Assembly: GCA_037130335.1 (NCBI GenBank)
Contig: JBAXTD010000002.1
Coordinates: forward strand, 1 to 49,090
DNA: 49,090 bases
Source: a bacterium
GTDB lineage: Bacteria; Patescibacteriota; Minisyncoccia; Phycocordibacterales; UBA9973
Direction of reading: 5' to 3'
Each line of letters opens with the position of its first letter. The stretch's first letter is position 1. This document shows positions 36,183 through 43,106 of this stretch, in pieces. The translations under genes were made by a program, and so were the position numbers. The notes beneath the pieces are model-generated. The model was not told the origin of the DNA. It made no database searches and saw only the letters and a program-made list of their open reading frames with translations.

Positions 36183-36638
36183 ATGTATTTAAATAAAGTG
36201 ATGCTCATTGGTAACCTAACTCGCGATCCTGAACTCAAATCATTGCCTTCAGGTGTCAAAGTAACTAGTATTGGTCTTGCGACAAATCGCAGTTGGAAAA
36301 AAGAAGATGGTTCGAAACAAGAATCAACAGAATTTCACAATGCAGTTGCTTTTGGAAAGCCTGCTGAACTTATTGCGCAATATTGCAAAAAGGGCAGTTC
36401 ACTCTATGTCGACGGACGTTTACAGACTCGCAGTTGGGACGGTACTGATGGACAAAAAAAATATCGCACAGAAATCGTAGTTGAAAACTTCCAATTTGGT
36501 CCACGACAAGGTGGCGAGGGAAGTCAGACACATTCAAGTGATAGAAGTTCATCAAACCCGCATCAACCAAAGGAAAAGGAACTCGAGACAATCGATTACC
36601 CAACTGAAGATATTAATGCCGAAGATATTCCGTTCTAA
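36183..36638 (+). CDS. ssb: Single-stranded DNA-binding protein
   Basis: LNKVMLIGNLTRDPE, VDGRLQTRSW, KYRTEIV, C-terminal DIPF. Confidence 0.98.
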   Translation: MYLNKVMLIGNLTRDPELKSLPSGVKVTSIGLATNRSWKKEDGSKQESTEFHNAVAFGKPAELIAQYCKKGSSLYVDGRLQTRSWDGTDGQKKYRTEIVVENFQFGPRQGGEGSQTHSSDRSSSNPHQPKEKELETIDYPTEDINAEDIPF

Positions 36639-36660
36639 ATTATCAACCATATAAAAATTA

Positions 36661-36697
36661 TTGCGTCGTGCTTTAATGGACGTAGTGCACGACGTGA
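36661..36697 (+). other. 11-bp hairpin in the ssb-rpsR spacer
   Basis: TTGCGTCGTGC (36661-71) pairs with GCACGACGTGA (36687-97), using G-U pairs on the + strand. Confidence 0.5.
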
Positions 36698-36711
36698 TTT
36701 CGCTAAATCAA

Positions 36712-36912
36712 ATGAAACAAGATTTTTTCTCATCAAATAACATCAAGCATGTCGACTACAAAGACACTGATATTCTCAAAAAGTTTTTGAGTCCAAATGC
36801 AAAGATTATGTCTCGCAAGCGCACAGGACTTTCTGCAAACAATCAACGTAAAGTTGCACTTGCAGTTAAGCGTTCACGATTTATGGGTCTCATTCCATAC
36901 ATTGCGAAATAA
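36712..36912 (+). CDS. rpsR: 30S ribosomal protein S18
   Basis: VDYKDTDILKKFLS, IMSRKRTG, QRKVALAVKRSRFMGLIPY. Start set at ATG 36712. Confidence 0.95.
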   Translation: MKQDFFSSNNIKHVDYKDTDILKKFLSPNAKIMSRKRTGLSANNQRKVALAVKRSRFMGLIPYIAK

Positions 36913-36961
36913 AGCTCACAAAACAAAAACCGCACTATGTGCGGTTTTTGTTTTGTGAGCT
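36913..36961. terminator. Perfect 23-bp inverted repeat, bidirectional terminator between rpsR and efp
   Basis: AGCTCACAAAACAAAAACCGCAC-TAT-GTGCGGTTTTTGTTTTGTGAGCT. Confidence 0.9.
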
Positions 36962-37542
36962 TATGCTCGCTCGACGTATTCGCCGGTTTCGGTATTTACT
37001 ACGATTTTGTCGCCTGCTTCCACAAAAAGTGGTGCGGTGATGACTGCGCCTGTTTCGAGGATGATTTGTTTACCTCCCGAACCTCGACTGTCACCTTTGA
37101 TTGCTGGCGGAGCTTCTTTGACGGTAAGTGTCATTTTGACTGGAAGTTGTACGCCGATTGTTTCTTCTTCGTCTTCGTCGTTTGTCCAGATGAGTGAAGT
37201 GACGAGATCGTTTGGTTTTATAAATTTAACTTTGTCTCCGATGAGGGATTCTTCGAGTTTGAATCGATTTGCAGGATCTTTGGGGTCGCAGAACCAAAAT
37301 TCACCCTTGTTTGCAAACAAAAATTTTGTTTCGCGCTTTTCGAGATCGGCTTCGTCGGCACTGTCGGATACGTGAAAGACTTCGTTGTATGTCTTTCCAG
37401 ATTTGAGACTCTTTAATTTAACTGCGTTTTGAGGCTTGCGTTGTTGGGTGCGAGCGACGTGATTGTCCAAAACGACACATGGTTCGTCATTGTGAATGAT
37501 TATTTTTCCTGTTCGGATTTCGTTGTATTCGAGTATTGCCAT
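36961..37542 (-). CDS. efp: Elongation factor P with a non-canonical tip loop
   Basis: KLKSLKSGK, FLFANKGEFWFCDP, EAPPAIKGD, ILETGAVITAPLFVEAGDKIVVNTETGEYVERA. Confidence 0.93.
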   Translation of the reverse strand: MAILEYNEIRTGKIIIHNDEPCVVLDNHVARTQQRKPQNAVKLKSLKSGKTYNEVFHVSDSADEADLEKRETKFLFANKGEFWFCDPKDPANRFKLEESLIGDKVKFIKPNDLVTSLIWTNDEDEEETIGVQLPVKMTLTVKEAPPAIKGDSRGSGGKQIILETGAVITAPLFVEAGDKIVVNTETGEYVERA

Positions 37543-37617
37543 ATAATTTAAATATATTAAAAATGCTAAAGCTAGACGGATTCTAACCTAAATTACCCGT
37601 AATTTCAAGGGTAGTGT

Positions 37618-38694
37618 TTATTCTCCTGCACTTGAAACTTGGATTTCGTTGAAGCGGCCGCGAATTTCTTTTTCGATTTCTTTTTCAATTTTTGGGTTGT
37701 CTTTGAGGAACGTGCGAGTTGCATCATATCCGCGACCCATCTTTATTTCCTCAGTTGCACCATCCTTGCCACCTTTGATTGGTTGGAGGTAGGTGTATGA
37801 ACCGCCAGAAGATTTCGAAACGATCTTTATTTTTTCACCGAGCGCCATGAGTTCACCTTCGTATGAAATTCCTTCGCCGTAAATGATGTCGAATTCAGTT
37901 TGTTTAAATGGTGATGCAACTTTGTTTTTTACAACTTTGACACGTGTGCGACCTCCGACCACGTCTTCACCTTTTTTGATTTGAGCGATACGGCGAATGT
38001 CGAGACGAATACTTGTGTAGAATTTGAGAGCCTTTCCACCTGGAGTTGTTTCGGGGTTACCAAACATGACACCAATTTGCATGCGGATTTGGTTGATAAA
38101 AATCACGACGGTGTTTGATTTGGAAACGATCGCAGTGAGTTTGCGAAGTGCCTGAGACATGAGACGTGCCTGTTTACCCACGTGTTGTTGACCCATATCA
38201 CCTTCGATTTCGTCTTTTGGAGTTAGTGCTGCAACTGAGTCGATGACAACGACTGCTATCTTGCCACTACGTACGAGTGATTCACAAATTTCGAGGCCTT
38301 GTTCTCCTGTGTCTGGTTGTGAAATGAGAAGTTCATTGATGTTTACACCCAAATTTTTGGCATAGACTGGATCCATTGCATGTTCGGCATCGATATATGC
38401 GCATACTCCGCCTTTCTTTTGTGCTTGCGCGACGATATGAAGCGCGAGTGTTGTTTTACCAGATGATTCTGGTCCAAAAATTTCAATAATACGTCCACGA
38501 GGAACTCCACCTACGCCGAGTGCCATGTCGAGTCCCATCGAACCTGTCGGAATGACATCGATATCAACTTTTGGAGCATCACCTAGTTTCATGATTGCAC
38601 CTTCTCCAAATTTTGTTTGGATGGATTTAATAGTATCGAGAATGTCTGCACCCATTTCTTTCTTTTCTTTTGGAGCTTTTTTTGTGAATGCCAT
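37618..38694 (-). CDS. recA: Recombinase A
   Basis: [56 protein letters not shown]; no intein. Confidence 0.99.
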   Translation of the reverse strand: MAFTKKAPKEKKEMGADILDTIKSIQTKFGEGAIMKLGDAPKVDIDVIPTGSMGLDMALGVGGVPRGRIIEIFGPESSGKTTLALHIVAQAQKKGGVCAYIDAEHAMDPVYAKNLGVNINELLISQPDTGEQGLEICESLVRSGKIAVVVIDSVAALTPKDEIEGDMGQQHVGKQARLMSQALRKLTAIVSKSNTVVIFINQIRMQIGVMFGNPETTPGGKALKFYTSIRLDIRRIAQIKKGEDVVGGRTRVKVVKNKVASPFKQTEFDIIYGEGISYEGELMALGEKIKIVSKSSGGSYTYLQPIKGGKDGATEEIKMGRGYDATRTFLKDNPKIEKEIEKEIRGRFNEIQVSSAGE

Positions 38695-38703
38695 ATATTT
38701 TTT

Positions 38704-38730
38704 GTCGCCGACGCATTATGCAAAGGCGAC
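38704..38730 (-). promoter_or_regulatory. 27-nt hairpin motif upstream of recA, shared with the nusG leader
   Basis: Minus strand GTCGCCTTTGCATAATGCGTCGGCGAC, 9 nt before the recA ATG. Confidence 0.7.
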
Positions 38731-38733
38731 TGA

Positions 38734-39096
38734 CTAATTACTTTTAATAAAGTTTACCTTATAAATTTGTGATGTTGTCCTGTTGAATTTATCCTTTGCT
38801 GATATGTCTATTATATTGTATCCCTCAAGTAGTGCAATCGTGTCATTCCAGTGGCCATCTTCTTCGACTGATACGATACGACCGTTGATTGTGATTGATA
38901 TTGCGTGATATGCGGTTCCTGATAAATTCAAAACTGAAGTGCGGACTGTTTCGTTGTTTTGTATTCCAGAAACCGACATGTGAATTCCAAACAATAAATC
39001 TCTACCTCGCCATGTACCATATCCAATGATGATAATAAAAAGCAATGTAAGGCTTGCCACACTCAGTAATTTTTTTCCGGTAATGCCTTTAATCAT
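38734..39096 (-). CDS. Hypothetical membrane-anchored protein with an Ig-like domain
   Basis: N-terminal TM segment, then LSGTA...ITINGR.V...GHWNDTIALLEGYNIIDISAKDKF. Confidence 0.75.
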   Translation of the reverse strand: MIKGITGKKLLSVASLTLLFIIIIGYGTWRGRDLLFGIHMSVSGIQNNETVRTSVLNLSGTAYHAISITINGRIVSVEEDGHWNDTIALLEGYNIIDISAKDKFNRTTSQIYKVNFIKSN

Positions 39097-39100
39097 GGAA

Positions 39101-41350
39101 TTATTGTTGTGGTGGTGTTGGATTAATGTCGTCCATCATACCGTCACCTGGTTTTATAAGTACATCGCGTGGTTTGGCACCTGAGCCGGGGCCGATTACT
39201 CCACGTTCTTCGAGTATGTCGATGAGTCGTGCGGCACGAGCATATCCCACACCGAGTTTACGTTGAAGGTACGATGTCGATGCTTTGCCGGCTTCGATTA
39301 CAGTTGTGCGTGCGTCTTCATATAATTCATCGTCGTTGTCTGTATCACCTTCGAGTGATGATTCGAATATTGTTTTGCCGGCACTTACTGTACCTGTGAG
39401 TGCGATTTCGTCAGCACCAGAACTTTCATTGTTATCGGCGATGAATTTTACAACTGACTTAACTTCGTTTTCGGAAATAAATGCACTTTGTAAACGTTCT
39501 GGTTGAGGCATATCTCCACCCAAAAAGAGCATATCTCCAGCACCGAGAAGTTTTTCGGCGCCTGCTTGATCGAGAATAGTGCGTGAGTCAATTTGTGATG
39601 CAACTTGTAGGGCGAGACGTGATGGCACGTTTGCTTTGATAAGTCCTGTAATGACGTTGACACTTGGGCGTTGTGTTGAGAGTACGAGGTGGATTCCAAC
39701 TGCACGAGACATTTGAGCGAGACGGACGATTGCAGATTCGAGTTCTCGTGGATATGCCTGCATGATATCGGCAAGTTCATCGATAATAATGACAATATAT
39801 GGCATTGGATCCATTGCGTCTTCGCCTTCAGAACCTTTTTTGGCTGTGGCGAGGACGTTTTTGTGATAACTTTCGATATCACGAACTGATTCTTTTTCGA
39901 GAATGTTGTATCTACGATCCATTTCTTTGGCTGCCCATTTGAGTGAAAGGATTGCTTTCTTTGCGTCGGTAATAACTGGCGTGAGAAGGTGAGGAATCTT
40001 GTTATATAGTGTAAGTTCGACACGCTTTGGATCGATCATAATAAATCGAAGTGCTTCTGGTCCGTTGCGATACAACAAACTTGTAATGATTGCGTGAATT
40101 GTAACTGATTTTCCAGAACCTGTTGCTCCGGCCACAAGCATGTGTGGCATTTTTGCGAGATTTCCAATATGACCCATACCATTAATTGCACGACCGAGTG
40201 CTACGGTGAGAGGTTTTTCAGATTTTGCGAATCGTTCTTCGGAAAGGAGAGATGCAAGTCCGACAATTGATTTTGCTTTGTTTGGAATTTCGATTCCAAC
40301 CAAAGATTTACCAGGAATTGGTGCTTCGATACGAATTGGGTGAGCGGCGAGTGCGAGTGAGAGATCGTTTTGGAGTCCGAGAATTCGTGAAAGTTTGACG
40401 CCTTCGGCTGGTTTGAATGCGTATCGTGTGACTGTCGGTCCGATTGTGACTTCATCCATTTCAACTTCGATTCCAAAGTTTGAAAGTGAACGTTTGATGA
40501 TGTTTGCGTTTGCTTTTACGTCTCCGACATTTGGTTTACCTTTATCGCTTGCAAGCAAATCAAGTGGGGGAGCAATATACGATGAATGTTTGCGAACAAT
40601 CTTTTTTGCAATTTTTTCTACGTCCAAAATTTCATCTTCTTCGATTGGTTCAGGTTCTTCTGGTTGAATTGCGGCGAGTGCTTTGTCTGGAATTTCTGCT
40701 TCGTTTTCTTGTTTGATATCGGCACCAGAAATTGTGTATGCTTTATTTTTCTTTCGGTTTTCTAAATATGCATTAATAGCTGATTCAAATTTTTTGTAGA
40801 TTGCATTAAAGAGTGTGAGTGTTGGTCGTGTATCAAAAAGCATGATGAGCGAAATGATGAGTATTGCTCCGAGAAATAGTGTCGCACCGACACCTGCAAA
40901 AAGTGTGAGAAAAATCCATGATGATGCAAATCCAACCAATCCTCCGGAATGATATGGAGTACTTGCGACATCAATTAATCCGAGCGATCCGATTACAAGT
41001 AATGCGTACGCGATGCCTTCGATTAGTGCAATGTTTGGTCGAATTCCTTTCATGAATCTAATTCCAAAAATTGCAAAAATAAGTGGAATGAGTACGTACC
41101 CAACTCCAAAAAGTTTAATAAATAAATCGTGTGTAAATCCGCCCGCTGGTCCACCTCCACCAAATCCAGCGATCACAAAAAAAATCGCAAAGGCAAAAAG
41201 TACGACACCCAAAACAGTGTGTCGAGTTTCTTCTTTTAATTTATTTTTGTTTGAAATTTCCTTTTTTCTTGGGGAAGTTTTACGCTCAGATTTTTTGGTT
41301 TCTTCAATCTCTTCGGGTTCATCTTTTTCAATATTTTTGCTCGTTGCCAT
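39101..41350 (-). CDS. ftsK: DNA translocase FtsK/SpoIIIE
   Basis: 4-TM N domain, RIEAPIPGK..VGIEIPN, PHMLVAGATGSGKS, DPKRVEL, DELAD, RLAQMSRAVGIHL, gamma domain SYLQRKLGVGYARAARLID. Confidence 0.98.
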   Translation of the reverse strand: MATSKNIEKDEPEEIEETKKSERKTSPRKKEISNKNKLKEETRHTVLGVVLFAFAIFFVIAGFGGGGPAGGFTHDLFIKLFGVGYVLIPLIFAIFGIRFMKGIRPNIALIEGIAYALLVIGSLGLIDVASTPYHSGGLVGFASSWIFLTLFAGVGATLFLGAILIISLIMLFDTRPTLTLFNAIYKKFESAINAYLENRKKNKAYTISGADIKQENEAEIPDKALAAIQPEEPEPIEEDEILDVEKIAKKIVRKHSSYIAPPLDLLASDKGKPNVGDVKANANIIKRSLSNFGIEVEMDEVTIGPTVTRYAFKPAEGVKLSRILGLQNDLSLALAAHPIRIEAPIPGKSLVGIEIPNKAKSIVGLASLLSEERFAKSEKPLTVALGRAINGMGHIGNLAKMPHMLVAGATGSGKSVTIHAIITSLLYRNGPEALRFIMIDPKRVELTLYNKIPHLLTPVITDAKKAILSLKWAAKEMDRRYNILEKESVRDIESYHKNVLATAKKGSEGEDAMDPMPYIVIIIDELADIMQAYPRELESAIVRLAQMSRAVGIHLVLSTQRPSVNVITGLIKANVPSRLALQVASQIDSRTILDQAGAEKLLGAGDMLFLGGDMPQPERLQSAFISENEVKSVVKFIADNNESSGADEIALTGTVSAGKTIFESSLEGDTDNDDELYEDARTTVIEAGKASTSYLQRKLGVGYARAARLIDILEERGVIGPGSGAKPRDVLIKPGDGMMDDINPTPPQQ

Positions 41351-41397
41351 GTGTATATTTTAGCACAAAAATTGGTATTACAAATCTGATTATGTGG

Positions 41398-41507
41398 TCA
41401 CGGAGACACAGTATTTTAAAGACCGCACGGAGCCCGACGGGGCGAGTCCCGAACGAAATTTTCAGCAGAAAATTATCGTGTGTCTTTAGAGTACTGTGTC
41501 TCCGTGA
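41398..41507 (+). ncRNA. Long intergenic stem-loop (26-bp base helix, branched top); candidate ncRNA or REP/MITE-like element
   Basis: TCACGGAGACACAGTATTTTAAAGAC (41398-423) pairs with GTCTTTAGAGTACTGTGTCTCCGTGA (41482-507). The only non-Watson-Crick pairs are two G-U. Confidence 0.55.
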
Positions 41508-41533
41508 ACTCATGTTGGTGTATGAAAATGCTA

Positions 41534-41561
41534 TTGCCTTTTTTATACGGACGCGTATAAT
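41534..41561 (+). promoter_or_regulatory. Promoter of the HTH gene
   Basis: TTGCCT (41534-39), 16 nt, TATAAT (41556-61). Confidence 0.55.
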
Positions 41562-41570
41562 CGACCACGT

Positions 41571-42318
41571 AACGGACATGTAATTTGCTTTACATTACTC
41601 GCAAAAATAATAAATCAAAAATGCAAGAAAAGGACATAAACCAACAGAATAATTCATATAAAGGACAGTCTATTAATGACACGGAAATAGAAGCTTTCTA
41701 CCAAAGGAATAATCAAATGTCCTTTATTCTCAAAAAGACAGAGAAGATAGTAACTGCGATTTATATGGTCACAGACTTCATGTTGGAGTCAGAGCCAATG
41801 CGTAAAGAATTACGGACACTTGGTGTGTCACTCCTTTCCAAAACTCGCAAGATTTCACAAAAGGCAACTGAGCCTGACTACACAATTATTGATGATATAA
41901 AAAACGGAATTGATGAAACAAATTCGTTTTTGAATATCTCTATCACGATCGGTTTGGTTTCTGAAATGAACGGACGAATTTTGATCAATGAGCTCGAAAA
42001 AATTTATAAAGAATTCCTCGGTGTCTATAATGATAGACGAGTTTCCGTAGTGACTCATCCAGGATATGCCAACATAATTTTGAAGCAAGAAATGTTTGAA
42101 ATTCCAGTTGTAGAAATTCCAAAAATTCAAACAAATTTCGACGGTCAAAATTATAAAGGACAAGAAGAATCAAAAAATGTCCTTTATAAAAAACCAAGTA
42201 TTATTGAGGTTAAAAAGGATACTGTATTAAAGACTGGAAATCTCGGTTTAAAAATTGCTCGTAGAAATGACGTATTAAATATTGTAAAAAGCAAAGGTCA
42301 GGTTTCAATAAAAGACAT
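41571..42318. repeat. Dispersed (TAT)AAAGGACA / TGTCCTTT(ATA) boxes in and just before the HTH gene
   Basis: Exact octamers at 41629-36, 41660-67 and 42155-62 (+) and at 41718-25 and 42178-85 (-). Variants ACGGACAT 41572-79, ACGGACAC 41812-19 and ATAAAAGACAT 42308-18. Confidence 0.75.
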
Positions 42319-42439
42319 AATTTTGATGCTCAAGGATGTGAGTGAAAAAACAATACAACGAGAATTATTTTCGCTCGTCAAAGAAGGTGTTTTGAAAAAA
42401 GAAGGGGAGAAAAGATGGAGTGTTTATAAATTAGTTTAA
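41621..42439 (+). CDS. Protein with an N-terminal helical domain and a C-terminal DeoR-like winged HTH
   Basis: C terminus RRNDVLNIVKSKGQVSIKDI...VSEKTIQRELFSLVKEGVLKKEGEKRWSVYKL; N terminus KKTEKIVTAIYMVTDF..EPMRKELR. Start set at ATG 41621. Confidence 0.8.
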   Translation: MQEKDINQQNNSYKGQSINDTEIEAFYQRNNQMSFILKKTEKIVTAIYMVTDFMLESEPMRKELRTLGVSLLSKTRKISQKATEPDYTIIDDIKNGIDETNSFLNISITIGLVSEMNGRILINELEKIYKEFLGVYNDRRVSVVTHPGYANIILKQEMFEIPVVEIPKIQTNFDGQNYKGQEESKNVLYKKPSIIEVKKDTVLKTGNLGLKIARRNDVLNIVKSKGQVSIKDIILMLKDVSEKTIQRELFSLVKEGVLKKEGEKRWSVYKLV

Positions 42440-42496
42440 TCAAAATTTTGTGTTCGAAATCTTGATTTTTGACCTCAGATATGCTAGTGTGGAAAT

Positions 42497-42541
42497 ATGA
42501 CTGCGAACCAGTTGAAAAACATTTTAAGTGGAACCAATTAA
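42497..42541 (+). CDS. Possible leaderless 14-aa micro-ORF (MTANQLKNILSGTN)
   Basis: TTGATT (42462-67), 17 nt, TAGTGT (42485-90) with TG; ATG follows 6 nt later, matching the leaderless spacing seen elsewhere in the window. Confidence 0.35.
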   Translation: MTANQLKNILSGTN

Positions 42542-42572
42542 TTTTGGAACCGCTGTTTTTTGCTTTTTGCAG

Positions 42573-42581
42573 TTATCCACA
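42573..42581 (+). promoter_or_regulatory. Perfect DnaA box
   Basis: TTATCCACA, 10 bp upstream of the -35 of the promoter at 42592. Confidence 0.6.
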
Positions 42582-42591
42582 TTAAATTATT

Positions 42592-42620
42592 TTGCCCTTA
42601 TCAGAAGGAGATAATATAAT
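42592..42620 (+). promoter_or_regulatory. Near-consensus sigma70 promoter with no downstream ORF
   Basis: TTGCCC (42592-97), 17 nt, TATAAT (42615-20). Confidence 0.75.
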
Positions 42621-42623
42621 GTA

Positions 42624-42796
42624 GGTGCGTAGTGTACCGTGTACTATATGTATGCGGAGATTACGCGTAACGGTATTTTTCGAAGTGCGGAGCGGAGGAT
42701 AGGCCTTTCGTTTTTGCATCTCCGAAAGACTACGTACGGACTGGTCATTGAAAACAGCATAGTGTGATCGCATACGGAAAAATGTTTTCACACACC
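42624..42796 (+). ncRNA. Candidate ~170-nt rod-shaped ncRNA (6S-like architecture, unproven)
   Basis: GC-richer island between the promoter and a T tract, with five nested helices whose wobble pairs are G-U on the + strand. Confidence 0.6.
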
Positions 42797-43040
42797 TTTT
42801 TATTTTTCTAATTTTTATTTAAAAATATTTTTTATATTTCTAAATAAATTATTCAAATAATTTGGATAATCTGTTTTTGTGTCGAATCCGTATTTCTTCT
42901 TGAGAAGAGGCGATGATGAGAATTGTATAAAATATTTTTATTGAGTTTGTAAAAACTTTTCAGAAATTTTTTTCAATTTAGTTTCGCAACACTCGGAAGA
43001 TGCCATGTCGACACGGCACGCATTTATTAGTGTTTTACAA

Positions 43041-43089
43041 GCGATGTTTTTGTATACAAAATATTATTATAGTTGTACAACGACATTGC
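43041..43089 (+). promoter_or_regulatory. 5' UTR hairpin of the large surface-protein gene
   Basis: GCGATGT/ACATTGC outer helix and TTGTAT/GTACAA inner helix, ending 17 nt before the ATG at 43107. Confidence 0.45.
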
Positions 43090-43106
43090 ATATTAAAAAA
43101 ATTTCT

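Noticed and set aside
41398-41507. SRP (4.5S) RNA
   Set aside because: The size fits and AGCAG is present, but the apical GNRA/GGAA loop with the symmetric CAGG/AGCAG internal loop is absent.
41251-41583. ORFs 41251-41583 (+) and 41328-41579 (-)
   Set aside because: They are open frames produced by the long inverted repeat, overlap ftsK or promoters, and have no protein-like motifs.
42605-42624. AGGAG...ATG-TAG start-stop element
   Set aside because: It lies within the spacer and -10 of the 42592 promoter, so it would not be in that transcript; SD use is also rare in this window.
42582-42791. 69-aa minus-strand ORF in the track
   Set aside because: It starts with GTG, has no promoter or motif support, and is antisense to a strong promoter and a structured segment.
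37618-42990. dif site or KOPS cluster near ftsK/recA
   Set aside because: No XerC/XerD-arm pair with a 6-bp spacer was seen; the GCATAAT in the recA leader lacks a TTATGTTAAAT-like partner. No GGGNAGGG cluster was noticed.
43005-43106. N-terminal extension of the surface protein from ATG 43005
   Set aside because: The signal peptide begins at 43107, and the extension crosses a dyad and a UTR hairpin.
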